From: an uncultured Pirellulales bacterium
Lineage (GTDB): Bacteria; Planctomycetota; Phycisphaerae; Sedimentisphaerales; Anaerobacaceae
Assembly (NCBI GenBank): GCA_964451425.1
Contig: CAYVIT010000002.1
Coordinates: 25,750 to 85,490, forward strand
Direction: 5' to 3'
DNA length: 59,741 bases
The stretch's first letter is position 1; every line of letters starts with the position of its first letter. Position numbers and translations under genes: made by a program. This document shows positions 34,920 to 46,208 of this stretch, piece after piece. The notes under the pieces are model-generated. The model saw nothing but the letters and a program-made list of their open reading frames with translations, did no database searches and was not told the DNA's origin.

Positions 34920-37900
34920 GAAGAAGATTAAATGGACTGAGCAGCAGCGACGGGCGATTACGGCACGCGACAGCGACGTTCTGGTGACCGCCTCAGCAGG
35001 GACCGGAAAGACAGCGGTATTGTCCGGCCGGTGCGTCGACATAGTATCGGACAAGGCTATATGTCCTGACGTTTGGAGCATGCTCGTATTGACATTTACG
35101 GAGATGGCGGCAGAGCAGATGCGCTCGCGGATTGCAGAGCAGTTGAGGGCGGCATTTTTAGAAAGCGGTGACCCTCATCTTCGATACCAGCTTGTATTAC
35201 TGCAGGGGGCAGACATAAGTACGATACATTCGTTTTGCAAGCGGCTTATTACGGAATATTTCTATAAGCTCGGCCTTGACCCAACTTTTCGCGTAATCGA
35301 CGCAGACGAGTCCGGATTACTCAAGGCGGAGGTACTGGAGAAAACTATCGACTGGGCATGGGAGCAGAGTAACTTGGTACCGGCCCTGCAGCAGCTTCTG
35401 TCGCGGCGCGACCTTCGCACAAATGATGGTTTTCTGTCAAAGATAATCGAGCTTAGCGATTTTCTGGACACCGTAGTTTCACGGCAAAACTGGTACCAGC
35501 GTTCGGCTCGGCTGGCCGAGGCGGCCAATCCCTTTACGACCGACCTGGGCCGGAAGCAAAAGCAGATTATTGCTGAGAAATTACAGCATATCCTTAATCA
35601 ACTTCGGCACTGTCAGAGGCTATATAAAAATGATGGCGGAGCCGGTGACTGGAGTGGGAAGTTTGAAGCGAGCCATATTCAGCCGGTTTTGGAATGCAGC
35701 AAGCTTTTGAAAGCCGGCGATTGGGACGAGTGTGCTGAGGCGATAAGGAATTATATCAAGCCAACAACATATAAGCCAAAGGATGTGCGTGACGAGATCG
35801 CTTCGCTTATCCAGCGAACAGCGAAAAGGGCGGTGGAGGGCTTCAAAGAGCTTTCGGAGCTTGCCATAGTTAATCCTGATTATCTGGATAGGGTCGGCAG
35901 GGCGGCAGGCCTGCAGACAAAGGTCCTCGTTGAGCTTGTGAAAAAATTCGACCGATTATACAGTGACGCCAAACGAGATATTAACTGTCTGGATTTTGCC
36001 GACCTTGAACATTATGCTCTAAAGCTTTTGAATGATGAAAAGTCTTCGCAGGGTGAGCTATCGCCGTCGGAAACGGCATTGGCACTTCGGCGCAGGTACA
36101 AATACATTTTTGTCGATGAATATCAGGATATTAATCCCGTCCAGCAGGCGATACTCGATATGCTGAGCTGCGAAGGAAATGTTTTTGTTGTAGGCGATGT
36201 CAAACAGAGTATTTATGCCTGGCGGGGAGCAAAGCCGGAGATTTTTATCGAACGTCTCCAACCGGCATCGGTTGAACTGGCCAAGGTGCCAAATGGATTG
36301 CGGGTTGACCTGAATGACAATTTCCGTTCGGCTAAAGGGATTCTTGATTTTGTCAATAAGATATTCGCAAGGATAATGACAGCTTCGTTTGCGAAGATTG
36401 ATTACGATGATTCGGCAAAATTGAGACCTGCCCTTGAAGGCGAATCCAAAGTACAATCGCCTGGCGACATTAAACCAGTGGTTGAGTTTCACGTACTGGA
36501 TGAAAAAGGCAGAGACCAGGATTCAGAAAACGAGCAGAATAACCGGATAGCTGACGAGGAGAGTTTGAACGTTATCAGTTCACGCCAGCGACAGGCGGCA
36601 ATGATTAGCCGGCGTATCAGGCAAATGGTCGGGGCCGATACTGGCAAGCCGGAGTTTCAAATTTATGATAAGCAGAAGGATTGCCTGCGGGATGTTCAAT
36701 ATCGTGACATTGTGATACTGATGCGTTCTCTGGCAAGAAAGGCCAACGATTATGTGGAGGTGCTTCGGCTGGCCGGTGTCCCCGTTAGCTGTGAAGCCAC
36801 GGCGGGATATTTCGAGGCTACTGAAATCAGCGATGTCGTGGCGCTGCTGAAAGTTCTGGACAATCCCCAGCGTGATATCGAATTGGCGGCTGTATTGCGG
36901 AGCCCGTTTTTTAAGATTAGCGATACCGAATTGGCGAAGTTAAAAATCCACGGCAAGGCAGATGAAAATAACAGAAACTTTTACGGCTGTGTTCTTGAGT
37001 ACAGCGAGAGTGGGCCGGATGCGAAGCTGAGTAAAAAGCTCAAGGGGATACTAACTGTGATTGAGAAGTGGAGGACAGTTGCCAGGCGCGGCAACTTAGC
37101 TGATTTGATATGGCAAATCTATCGGCAAACCGGATTCTTGTCATTTGTTTCTGCGCTGCCGAACGGCCAGGCACGCAGGGCCAATCTTCTTAAGCTGCAC
37201 GATAGGGCAATCCAGTTTGAGGGATTTGCGAGCAGCGCCGGCAATTTGTCACTTTCTCGCTTTGTTGAGTTTATTGAGAAGCTTCAGGAGCTGGGACAGG
37301 ATTGGGCGCCTGCCGAGCCGGACGCTTCAGCGGGTAATGCTGTCCGTATTTTAAGCGTGCATAAAAGCAAAGGACTTGAATTTCCGGTTGTCTTTTTAGC
37401 TGAGCTGGATAGTCAATTCAATAAAAGGGATATTTATAGTGACTTTCTTGCCGATGCTGATGATACGTTGGGGCTGCAAATTATTGACACTCCATCAAAC
37501 ACTAAGCTGCGTTCGCTGGCACATCAGGTTATCGCAGAACAGAAGCTCTCAACAGCACTTGCCGAAGAAATGCGTATCCTTTATGTGGCGACAACGCGGG
37601 CCAGAGAGCGGCTTATTTTAAGCGCCTGCGAAAGGCAGCAGCACTGCCGCGACGTTGTTTGCGATGGTTTTCTCTGGGGCGAGGAACGTATTGCTGATTG
37701 GCAGCTTCGGCGATGCCGAAGTCCTCTCGAGTGGATTCTTTACGGACTTTGCGACCAGAAGATTTTACACGAAGGCCTGAATACCGGTATGACACCGCAA
37801 GCCAATGATGATTTATTCAGATTGAAACTTTACGACCAGCCGCAATTAAAACAACTCTCCGAGTTTGTAATCAAAATAAAGACCGACAGAGGTTTAGCTC

Positions 37901-38700
37901 CGCCACCTCTGGGCGGGGCTCGTTTAGCCCTCAACCCTGCGGTGGGGGTCAGAAGACTCTCGCAAGTGAAAAAGTCTCTCGCCTGGCGTTATGGGTTTGA
38001 AGATTCAGTAGTGCTTTCCGCGAAACAATCGGTTACAGAATTAACGCATCGCAGCAATGAATATGTGAGAATAGATTATTCAAGGGCGTTGGACCGATTG
38101 CCGACTTCTGTGTCGGCTGCTGTAACCGGGTTGGCCGAACATGTGGAAGGGCGATTAATCGGCACAGCCACACACATTGTAATATCCGAGCTTGACTTGG
38201 CCAAGCCCGTAAATAAAGAAGCTGTTGAAAAGGCAATTGAGAGGCTTTTGGACGATGGTGCTATAAACGAAGCTGTTGCTGAGCATATTAATACAGGTTC
38301 AATAGTTAAGTTTTTTGAAAGTGAATTGGGCAGGAATGCTCTTGAGCAGTACTCGAACGTTCGGCGTGAATGGCCTTTCACATTTGCGATGCCGGCAACT
38401 TTCGTTGCTCATACCTCATCGCTCGACGCTCGAATCACCAGTCAACAATCACCAATCACCGACGACGAAGTCGTCATAATTCAGGGCTTAATTGATATGC
38501 TAATCCAAACGCCACAGGGTTTGGAGGTTATTGATTTCAAGACCGACAGGATAACTGCGGGTGAAGTTTCGCAGCGAGCCGAGCTTTATAGAAAGCAGTT
38601 GGAGCTTTACGGCAGGGCGGCCGGTGCAATTTTGAAGGACAAACTGCTGGGCAAATGGTTGTATTTTCTGACGCCGGGTTGTGAATTTAAGGTCGAATAG
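34912..38700 (+). CDS. addA: helicase-nuclease AddAB subunit A (UvrD/Rep-type helicase plus RecB-type nuclease)
   Basis: ASAGTGKT, DEYQD, and a C-terminal GLIDML...VIDFKTD nuclease motif. The ATG at 34912 overlaps the addB stop by 8 nt. Confidence 0.85.
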   Translation: MAEKKIKWTEQQRRAITARDSDVLVTASAGTGKTAVLSGRCVDIVSDKAICPDVWSMLVLTFTEMAAEQMRSRIAEQLRAAFLESGDPHLRYQLVLLQGADISTIHSFCKRLITEYFYKLGLDPTFRVIDADESGLLKAEVLEKTIDWAWEQSNLVPALQQLLSRRDLRTNDGFLSKIIELSDFLDTVVSRQNWYQRSARLAEAANPFTTDLGRKQKQIIAEKLQHILNQLRHCQRLYKNDGGAGDWSGKFEASHIQPVLECSKLLKAGDWDECAEAIRNYIKPTTYKPKDVRDEIASLIQRTAKRAVEGFKELSELAIVNPDYLDRVGRAAGLQTKVLVELVKKFDRLYSDAKRDINCLDFADLEHYALKLLNDEKSSQGELSPSETALALRRRYKYIFVDEYQDINPVQQAILDMLSCEGNVFVVGDVKQSIYAWRGAKPEIFIERLQPASVELAKVPNGLRVDLNDNFRSAKGILDFVNKIFARIMTASFAKIDYDDSAKLRPALEGESKVQSPGDIKPVVEFHVLDEKGRDQDSENEQNNRIADEESLNVISSRQRQAAMISRRIRQMVGADTGKPEFQIYDKQKDCLRDVQYRDIVILMRSLARKANDYVEVLRLAGVPVSCEATAGYFEATEISDVVALLKVLDNPQRDIELAAVLRSPFFKISDTELAKLKIHGKADENNRNFYGCVLEYSESGPDAKLSKKLKGILTVIEKWRTVARRGNLADLIWQIYRQTGFLSFVSALPNGQARRANLLKLHDRAIQFEGFASSAGNLSLSRFVEFIEKLQELGQDWAPAEPDASAGNAVRILSVHKSKGLEFPVVFLAELDSQFNKRDIYSDFLADADDTLGLQIIDTPSNTKLRSLAHQVIAEQKLSTALAEEMRILYVATTRARERLILSACERQQHCRDVVCDGFLWGEERIADWQLRRCRSPLEWILYGLCDQKILHEGLNTGMTPQANDDLFRLKLYDQPQLKQLSEFVIKIKTDRGLAPPPLGGARLALNPAVGVRRLSQVKKSLAWRYGFEDSVVLSAKQSVTELTHRSNEYVRIDYSRALDRLPTSVSAAVTGLAEHVEGRLIGTATHIVISELDLAKPVNKEAVEKAIERLLDDGAINEAVAEHINTGSIVKFFESELGRNALEQYSNVRREWPFTFAMPATFVAHTSSLDARITSQQSPITDDEVVIIQGLIDMLIQTPQGLEVIDFKTDRITAGEVSQRAELYRKQLELYGRAAGAILKDKLLGKWLYFLTPGCEFKVE

Positions 38701-38936
38701 GCTTGTACTTGCTCGCAAACGAGGGTGTATGCTCAATTTCTATTGAAATTATATGTGTATTATGGTATCATTTATGTAATATCGAACCGGCCATTTCGAA
38801 GCTGAAAAACAGGAAAACCGAGTAATAGAATAAATGCAATCACGCTCATAATTATAAAGGTAATTTTGCAGGAGAGGGTAGGCAGGGCTGTCGGGCAAAT
38901 CATTGATGTCGTTTCTAATATAACAGGTGTAACTTG

Positions 38937-40556
38937 ATGAAAAGCTGGCGTTCAATAATGATGTTAGTCGCGTCGGTTACTTGTTTCATTTTTATCTGGG
39001 GCGATTCGGCTGCTTCTTTAGCTCGGCCGCTGACCCATGTAAAAATCGAGACGCCTAATGCCCCAGGCCTTGCTCAGCAACTGCTCGAAGGCGGTTTTGA
39101 TGTTCTTGAAGGTTCCATTACGCAGAATTGGTTTGAGCTTATTGTTACCGGTTCGGAACTGGAAATGCTCACACGAGAAGGCTTTGAATTGCAAATTATT
39201 GCGGCCGGTCGCCCTTTCAGGCAGATCCAGACCGAACAACTAACCACAATGTCAGTGCCGACAGGCTACCTGGAGCTGTCAGAAATCCTGGCCGAAATGA
39301 ACGATGCGGAAGAAAATTACCCCTCGATATGCAAAGTCGTAGACCTTACGGAGACCTATGGTATGCCGACTACATTCGAAGGGCGTCACATATTCGCCAT
39401 TAAGATTTCAGATAATGTGGCTGAGAACGAGGACGAGCCGGCTTACCTGGTAGTCTGTGAGCACCACGCACGTGAGATAGTGACGCCGGTGATCGGATTA
39501 TATGCCATCGAGCAATTCACGAGCCAATATGGCATAGACCCAACGATTACCGCTCTGGTAGATGAGTACGAAATATGGATTGCACCGGCCTGGAATCCGG
39601 ACGGCTACGAGTATGTCTTTAACGTTGACAATTTGTGGCGGAAGAACCGCAGGGTCTTTCAGGAAGGCGTAGGCGTCGACCAGAATCGTAACTATCCTTT
39701 CGGATGGGACTCGGTATGCGGCGGCAGCACGCTGGTAACCTCACTGACTTACCGTGGTCCCGAAGTTGCTTCGGAGCCTGAAACCCAGACAATGCTCGTC
39801 TGGTCTCAAGATCGACGCTTCGCTAAGGTGCTGGACTTTCACTCCTTCGGACAGGAAACGCTTTATTCGTATGCCTGCCTGCCACATCCGTTCACGAATT
39901 TCTGGGAGGAGGAGGCGGTGGGGATTTCCATAGCGTCAGGTTATGGCGACTCTGTGAGGTTACCCACGGCGGAAGGAGAGCACTTCGAATGGCAGCTCGC
40001 TATGATGGGGGCCCATGCTTTCCTGACGGAGACACACTGGATGTTCCAACCGCTGTATTTTAGTGCTCTGAATGAAGCAGCACTGGTATTTCCCAGCTTG
40101 CTCTGGCAGCTTCAACGTCCTATCCCACTGGGCGGCCGCGTTACCGACGCCTTCACCGGTCAGCCTGTCGCGGCCGCGATTACATATCTCGATATCGGCT
40201 TTGAAAACGGAGAAACTAACGGCAGTGATGAACATTTCGGTCGATACCATATATTCCTTCCTGACGGAACGTACAACCTTGAATTTTCCGCCACCTCATA
40301 TCACGCCCGGACCTGCGTGGTTGACATAGTCGCCAGTAGTGCCGGCGTCCTCGACGTGACTTTGGTCCCGATGGCTGATATTGACGAAGACAACGATGTA
40401 GATATGGCTGACTTTGCAATATTTTCTTCAACCTGGTTGAGCGATCCGAACCGGATACAATGGAATCCTGCCTGTGATATAAGCATACCTGCTGATAATT
40501 TCATCGACATACAGGACCTTGCCAAATTTGTCACGTACTGGCTAGCGGGCATTTGA
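38937..40556 (+). CDS. secreted M14 zinc carboxypeptidase with C-terminal dockerin-like module
   Basis: Signal peptide, HHAREIVT (HxxE zinc motif) and NPDGYEY. A CarbopepD-regulatory-like domain is followed by DIDEDNDVDMADF ... DIQDLAKF repeats. Confidence 0.75.
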   Translation: MKSWRSIMMLVASVTCFIFIWGDSAASLARPLTHVKIETPNAPGLAQQLLEGGFDVLEGSITQNWFELIVTGSELEMLTREGFELQIIAAGRPFRQIQTEQLTTMSVPTGYLELSEILAEMNDAEENYPSICKVVDLTETYGMPTTFEGRHIFAIKISDNVAENEDEPAYLVVCEHHAREIVTPVIGLYAIEQFTSQYGIDPTITALVDEYEIWIAPAWNPDGYEYVFNVDNLWRKNRRVFQEGVGVDQNRNYPFGWDSVCGGSTLVTSLTYRGPEVASEPETQTMLVWSQDRRFAKVLDFHSFGQETLYSYACLPHPFTNFWEEEAVGISIASGYGDSVRLPTAEGEHFEWQLAMMGAHAFLTETHWMFQPLYFSALNEAALVFPSLLWQLQRPIPLGGRVTDAFTGQPVAAAITYLDIGFENGETNGSDEHFGRYHIFLPDGTYNLEFSATSYHARTCVVDIVASSAGVLDVTLVPMADIDEDNDVDMADFAIFSSTWLSDPNRIQWNPACDISIPADNFIDIQDLAKFVTYWLAGI

Positions 40557-40731
40557 TAATCGGTAATTGGTAACTGGCAATGCGTACATTCGTTCAATTA
40601 TTGATGCGCGGATTTTGCTATGCGCGCAATTTACACCTGTTGTGAAGAGATAATGGATTGACGGCTCACGCAGGAATGGCAATCTTATGACAAGCGTCAC
40701 AAGTTGAGTTCAGAGATTTTTCTGTTTGGTC

Positions 40732-40759
40732 TTGCCTGTTTCAATTCTGTTTGTATAAT
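40732..40759 (+). promoter_or_regulatory. sigma-70 type promoter upstream of pfp
   Basis: TTGCCT - 16 nt - TATAAT. Confidence 0.45.
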
Positions 40760-40812
40760 AACCAGTTTGTGATTGGAAAGTAATATAAGTCTTTTTGAAG
40801 AGAGTTTACGAA

Positions 40813-42075
40813 ATGGCAGATGCACCAAAAGCAAACCCCGTTAGAAATAATACATCCCGAAAATGGGGAATTTCTAACGGGGCAAATGCAGTAGTAGCAC
40901 AATCGGGCGGGCCGACCGCCGTGATAAATGCGTCGTTGGTGGGTGTCATCGAAGAGGCACACAAACATCCGCAAATCCAGAACCTTTATGGTTCGCTTCA
41001 CGCCGTGGTCGGTATGGCAAACGACCAGTTCATCGATTTGAAAAAAATATCATCTGATACACTGGAAAAAGTGGCTGCTTCACCGTGTTCGGCGCTGGGT
41101 TCCAGCCGGGATAAGCCGGATGAGGAATATTGTGCAAAGATTCTCGATGTTTTCAAAAAGCGTAATATTCGATACTTCTTCTACATAGGCGGCAACGACT
41201 CAGCTAATACGGCTCATATTCTCAACAGGATGGCCGATGACATAGACTTTGATATTCGGGCGTTTCATATTCCCAAGACTGTGGATAACGATTTGCTGGT
41301 TACAGACCATTGTCCGGGCTTTGGGACGGCTGCGAAATTCGAGGCCTGTGCTTTGATGGGTGACGATTTGGATAACCGGACACTGCCGGGTGTAAAAATT
41401 GATGTGATTATGGGCAGGCATGCAGGTTTTATGACGGCGGCTACTGTGTTAGGTAAGCAAAGAGATGATGACGGGCCGCATCTGGTATATGTTCCCGAAA
41501 GGCCGGTTTCAATGGATAAATTCCTTGGCAATGTAGATAGCGTCTTGAAAAAGCTGGGCCGCTGTGTTGTTACGGCCAGTGAGGGTATCTGTGACTCCGA
41601 TGGCATAACCTGGGCCAAGAAACTGGCTGAAAAGGCTGAAACCGATGCGCACGGCAATATACAACTTTCCGGCACGGGTGCTCTGGCGGACTTTCTGGCC
41701 GGCCAGGTAAAGAGCAAGCTCGGCGCAAAGCGGGTGAGGGCCGACACGTTTGGGTATCTGCAGAGGAGCTTTGCGGGTTTGCAATCAGAGGTCGATGTTC
41801 GTGAAGCGCGATGGTGCGGTCGTCTCGCGGTTCAGTTTGCTATGGAAGAGGACAACGGTTCAGTCGCGATTAAACGCCTTGGTAACGGGTCCGATTATAA
41901 GGTTGAGATGTTTCGCACCGAGCTTAAGAACGTGGCCGAGAAGACAAAATCGATGCCGGATGAGTTTATTAACGCCCAGGGCAACGGCATAACCGAAGCC
42001 TTTATCGAGTACGCAATGCCGCTGACGGGCGGACTGCCGAAAACAGAATTTCTTGGAAACCGTCCAAGAATATGA
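40813..42075 (+). CDS. pfp: 6-phosphofructokinase, probably PPi-dependent
   Basis: The motifs SGGPTAVINAS, GGNDS (Asp where ATP-PFKs have Gly), PKTVDND (Lys where ATP-PFKs have Gly) and MGRHAG are present. I took the ATG at 40813. Confidence 0.7.
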   Translation: MADAPKANPVRNNTSRKWGISNGANAVVAQSGGPTAVINASLVGVIEEAHKHPQIQNLYGSLHAVVGMANDQFIDLKKISSDTLEKVAASPCSALGSSRDKPDEEYCAKILDVFKKRNIRYFFYIGGNDSANTAHILNRMADDIDFDIRAFHIPKTVDNDLLVTDHCPGFGTAAKFEACALMGDDLDNRTLPGVKIDVIMGRHAGFMTAATVLGKQRDDDGPHLVYVPERPVSMDKFLGNVDSVLKKLGRCVVTASEGICDSDGITWAKKLAEKAETDAHGNIQLSGTGALADFLAGQVKSKLGAKRVRADTFGYLQRSFAGLQSEVDVREARWCGRLAVQFAMEEDNGSVAIKRLGNGSDYKVEMFRTELKNVAEKTKSMPDEFINAQGNGITEAFIEYAMPLTGGLPKTEFLGNRPRI

Positions 42076-42172
42076 TAACTTTACTTGATCTGAAAAACAG
42101 GACGTTTCTTTGCCGAATTCTGAAGGGGGTAGTGCAGATAGTGGCCTTACGAGATTAAATGGCGATTAATTA

Positions 42173-43030
42173 ATGAAGAAAAAAAAGAAGACAAAAAAAG
42201 TGATATCGCGTGAACTGGGTTTAGAGGTGGGTTCTATCTGCGGCAGGTATTTCCTTAAACTGAAGCATCTTCATTACGGGTATTGGACGGATGGCATTGA
42301 AGTGGATATTGCAAATTTACATTTGGCACAGGATGAATATGTCAAATTTGTCATCTCGCATATTCCTGATGCTGTGAAAACCATCCTGGATGTGGGTTGC
42401 GGCACAGGTGAAATAGCCGAGACGTTACTGAATATGGGATACGAGGTGGATTGTGTTTCTCCCTGTCCTTTTCTAAAGAAGCAAGCCGGCCAACTTCTGG
42501 GAGACAGGACCCGTATCTTCGAGTGTTTTTATGAAGAAATGCAAACGGGCAAACGATATGATATGGTCATGTTCTGTGAAAGCTTCCAGTATATTGATGT
42601 TGAACAAGCCCTGTCAAAAACTAATGAGTTCTTAAAAGACGGTGGTTTTCTGTTTATAAGTGACGTTTTCAGAAAAGACATCAAAGCCAAGGGTGTGATG
42701 GGCGGCGGGCACAAGCTAAGTAAGTTTTATGACCTTGTTGAGAAATTTCCTTTTAGACTTATTGAGAACGTGGATATTACTGAAGAAACCGCACCCAATA
42801 TGGATTTATTGGGCGATGCGCTGGAGAATGTCATCCAGCCTGTTGTGGATGTCGGCGCCCGCTTTTTTGAGAGCAGATACCCAATCGCTACAAAATTCCT
42901 AAAATGGAAATACAGGAAAAAAATAGAGAAGGCCCACAAGAAGTATTTAGAGGGAGGCAGAACCGGCGAAGACTTCAAGAAATACAAGTCTTATCAACTT
43001 TTTGTTTATCAAAAAGAAGGTAAGCAATAA
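42173..43030 (+). CDS. class I SAM-dependent methyltransferase
   Basis: Motif I ILDVGCGTGE and the following acidic loop (YEVDCVS). Confidence 0.7.
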   Translation: MKKKKKTKKVISRELGLEVGSICGRYFLKLKHLHYGYWTDGIEVDIANLHLAQDEYVKFVISHIPDAVKTILDVGCGTGEIAETLLNMGYEVDCVSPCPFLKKQAGQLLGDRTRIFECFYEEMQTGKRYDMVMFCESFQYIDVEQALSKTNEFLKDGGFLFISDVFRKDIKAKGVMGGGHKLSKFYDLVEKFPFRLIENVDITEETAPNMDLLGDALENVIQPVVDVGARFFESRYPIATKFLKWKYRKKIEKAHKKYLEGGRTGEDFKKYKSYQLFVYQKEGKQ

Positions 43031-43145
43031 ATTGATCTGCACAGCGATGCTAATCCCAGTCGATGTTTTATTTGTTCTTTGATGTATTTTCCAACTTTGC
43101 CGGCTCAATCTTTGCGAATTGCTTCCATATTCAGACCTTTACTTA

Positions 43146-44915
43146 TCAATCTTCGGGGCTGAAAACCGCGATTTCAGCTAAGCCGATGTTTTGTGTTTCC
43201 GACTTGACGGCGGTGATTACAAACTTGAGCCAGGAAACTTTTTTGGGTGGGAAGGTGATTTCTTTGGCAGCAGAAGCGTCATCGGGCAGCTCACCAAAAT
43301 TTATCGAGTTGCCATCGCTGAAGATGAGCTTACCGGCGGTAACCTGGTCGGCGTGTGTGTTAGGCCTGTCAAAAAGCCAGATGCGATTAATAATTTGTGG
43401 TTTATCCCAATTCAATCGCAGCGTTGCCGATGTCTTTTCGCCGTCAGCAGCCCATTCGGCTGATATGTCTTCAGGGTAGCCGCCAACTATGCCATCAATG
43501 GCTGCCTCAGCGGTGTAGCCTTTGTAGGTTGATGAGGCAGTTACCGTAGCTTTTCGAGCGATGTTGCTATTGCTCTTAAGCGGGTCTTTCTGCTGCTTTT
43601 GGTTCTGCTTTTTTTCGTACTGTCGGTACACCGTTGGATTCAGCAGTTTGACCTGTTGCAGGACCAGGCCGTAGCGACTGCCCGGTGGTTTGGCCTTGAA
43701 TCGGATGTTATTCCAGCCCTGACTGAAGTTGCCTGAATAGCACAGCCAAAGCGTATACCCGTCTTTGCTGATGAATTTTGAGGGGAAATTGAGGAAATAA
43801 CCCTGTTCGCCGAACTCTTTCATATATGTTACGAGCTTCCATGGGCCTGTAATCCTATCGGATTCAAGGATATAAGAATTCATCTTTGCGACCGTCGGCC
43901 AACCATCCGTTACGCACATCAAGTATTTCTTGAGAGGTGCGTTATAGGTAATTGTGACGCAGCCCATATTATTGTTCCATTCCAGCAGTGGCTTTATATC
44001 TTCAAAATCATACGACCAGGCGGGATTGCCCATATTATCGTATCCGGCTAAGTATTCATATTTGGATTCGTCGTTGATGTTTTGAATGCTTGGTTTGACT
44101 CGCGTAAGGTAAATCTGGTCTCCGGATATCCAACTCAAGTTGGCATATCGAGGCTTTGGGTCGTTTTCTTCAGCTCCATAACCGACCAGGTAAGCTTTAC
44201 CATCTGGTGAATGCTCCATATTTTTTCCGAAGTCGACGAATTTTGGTGAGCCGATTTTTAGCGGACCCATAAATTTTGCGGGTTCAGGAAAGAGGGGCTT
44301 GGTTGGTGTGTGTGGGGAGTCTGTCCAGGTCTTGCCATAGTCGGTTGAGATTCGGAATCCCGGAATGGGGCCTAATACCGGCCAATTCCATCTCATTCCA
44401 TTGTGCATGATGCTTCCAGCAGGGCCTAAACAATAAGTGCCGTAGTACCAAACGCCATTGTGAACGAGACTTCCGCACGGATAGCGTCCCTGGTAGGGAT
44501 GCGGGTCGCCTTTAGTCGTGCCGAGGGCCTTGATTTTGAGATTGAGCGGGTCGTTGCCAATCATTACGGCCTGGCCGGTGGTTGCGTTACGGCCACCGGA
44601 GCTGGATCCCATTCCATCGGTTTGTCCGTCGGTCCATGGGGAATACAGATTGTCGTCTGTGGCCCAGGAAGGATACCACGTGTCCGCTGCTCGATAGTCG
44701 CTATGAACGCCCGTAAATAATATACCGACGAGTTCTTTGGATTGCTCGAAGGGAATGTCATCGGGAGGCTCTGAGGGCCAAAGCGATGGTCCGGACTTTG
44801 GCGTATACTTGACGATTCTCTCATTTGCAAAGATAGTGCTTGATAAAACAACTATCAGTAAGCCGGTAAGCAGCAATGTGCCGGCTTTTGCTGCTGTGGT
44901 AATTGCTGTTTTCAT
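43146..44915 (-). CDS. secreted beta-propeller/glycosidase-like protein with C-terminal discoidin-like (DUF7402-like) domain
   Basis: It has a signal peptide and a Trp/Gly-rich N-terminal ~430 aa. The C-terminal ~140 aa (ATVTASS...AIDG...W...IWLFDRP) resemble carbohydrate-binding beta-sandwich domains. Confidence 0.4.
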   Translation of the reverse strand: MKTAITTAAKAGTLLLTGLLIVVLSSTIFANERIVKYTPKSGPSLWPSEPPDDIPFEQSKELVGILFTGVHSDYRAADTWYPSWATDDNLYSPWTDGQTDGMGSSSGGRNATTGQAVMIGNDPLNLKIKALGTTKGDPHPYQGRYPCGSLVHNGVWYYGTYCLGPAGSIMHNGMRWNWPVLGPIPGFRISTDYGKTWTDSPHTPTKPLFPEPAKFMGPLKIGSPKFVDFGKNMEHSPDGKAYLVGYGAEENDPKPRYANLSWISGDQIYLTRVKPSIQNINDESKYEYLAGYDNMGNPAWSYDFEDIKPLLEWNNNMGCVTITYNAPLKKYLMCVTDGWPTVAKMNSYILESDRITGPWKLVTYMKEFGEQGYFLNFPSKFISKDGYTLWLCYSGNFSQGWNNIRFKAKPPGSRYGLVLQQVKLLNPTVYRQYEKKQNQKQQKDPLKSNSNIARKATVTASSTYKGYTAEAAIDGIVGGYPEDISAEWAADGEKTSATLRLNWDKPQIINRIWLFDRPNTHADQVTAGKLIFSDGNSINFGELPDDASAAKEITFPPKKVSWLKFVITAVKSETQNIGLAEIAVFSPED

Positions 44916-44939
44916 ATTTTCTCTCCTCCGAAATGGTCG

Positions 44940-45863
44940 TTAAGTAAACAATGCTTCCACGAATGTCTCCGGATTGAACTCTGCGATATCTTCCGGTTTT
45001 TCGCCGAGGCCGACGAATTTTACCGGTATGTCGAGCTGGTCTTTAATAGCGATGACTATTCCACCTCGTGCGGTGCCGTCCAGTTTTGCCAGGAATATTC
45101 CTGTTACGTTAATTGCTTCTGTAAACATCTGTGCCTGGATGATGGCATTCTGGCCTGTAGTGGCATCGAGGACCAGCAAGACTTCATTCGGGGTGCCGGG
45201 GATTTTTCGGGCCACTACGTCGCGAATCTTGGTCAACTGCTGCATCAGGTATTTTTTTGTATGCAATCGGCCGGCTGTGTCAATAATCAGGATATCTGTG
45301 TTTCTTGCGACAGCGGCTTCACAGGCATCGAAAGCAACTGCAGCCGGGTCGCTGCCGGTTTTGTGTTTTACGATTTGGACGCCGATGCGCTCGGCCCAGA
45401 TGCTTAACTGTTCTACGGCGGCGGCACGGAACGTGTCGCAGGCAGCGAGAAGAACCGTTTTGTTATTCTGAGTTAAAATATAGGCAAGCTTGGCGATACT
45501 TGTGGTTTTACCGGTTCCGTTGACACCGGCGACCAGGATGACGGTAGGGGGAGTTTGAGCGAGAAGTAATTGTCTGTCGCGGTCCGGCCAATAGCTTTTG
45601 ATATGCTCCTTGAGAAACGGCAGTATTTCGTCTGTCGTTGCGATTTGCCTGCTGCGGTATGCTTCACGCAGACCGGATATGAGCTTGTCTGTCGTTTCTA
45701 CGCCGATATCGTCGCTTATCAGCGTTTCTTCCAGCTCATCGAGCAGGGCTTCATCGATATTTCTGCCCAGAGTTAGTACTGACGAAAGCGAAGAGGTAAT
45801 TTTATCGCGTGTTTTGCCAAGACGGTCTTTGAAATATCCTGCTGTCTTAGTGAATATTCCCAT
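44940..45863 (-). CDS. ftsY: signal recognition particle receptor FtsY
   Basis: GVNGTGKTTSIAKLA, DTAGR and TKLDG-type (AKLDGTARGG) motifs. It is a short form lacking an acidic A domain. Confidence 0.9.
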   Translation of the reverse strand: MGIFTKTAGYFKDRLGKTRDKITSSLSSVLTLGRNIDEALLDELEETLISDDIGVETTDKLISGLREAYRSRQIATTDEILPFLKEHIKSYWPDRDRQLLLAQTPPTVILVAGVNGTGKTTSIAKLAYILTQNNKTVLLAACDTFRAAAVEQLSIWAERIGVQIVKHKTGSDPAAVAFDACEAAVARNTDILIIDTAGRLHTKKYLMQQLTKIRDVVARKIPGTPNEVLLVLDATTGQNAIIQAQMFTEAINVTGIFLAKLDGTARGGIVIAIKDQLDIPVKFVGLGEKPEDIAEFNPETFVEALFT

Positions 45864-46046
45864 AACTGTTTCCTTAAAACAGCGTATAGCGTATATAAAA
45901 TAGTGATGGGCGTAAAGCGAAAACCGTTGAAACTAAAATTACCCAGTTTTACTTTTGTCGCTATCGGTCTTTAACTTCTTATGGTGACAATCTGTTTGTC
46001 TATATGTTGAAATTTGCATTTTTTTGATTTTTTCTTCAAGTTTGTT

Positions 46047-46074
46047 TTGACAAACCGGAAGAAACACGTAATAT
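46047..46074 (+). promoter_or_regulatory. sigma-70 type promoter upstream of dnaA
   Basis: TTGACA - 16 nt - TAATAT. Confidence 0.45.
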
Positions 46075-46208
46075 TTTATATGTATGTAGAGCATGGGCAG
46101 AGGGGTTGATTTGTTTTTGCCCTCGTAAAAGTTTCTAACAAGGATGTTTCTGATGGTCAGTTGTTGTTTGCATAGAGTTCGGATTAGTTAGGTCTTTCAC
46201 AAAGGAGG

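Noticed and set aside
37896-37920. GC-rich hairpin AGCTCCGCC-N7-GGCGGGGCT inside addA, encoding a Pro/Gly-rich linker (GLAPPPLGGARL)
   Set aside because: It could be an in-frame REP-like insertion. However, it lies in a naturally variable inter-domain linker, and I found no matching copy elsewhere in the window.
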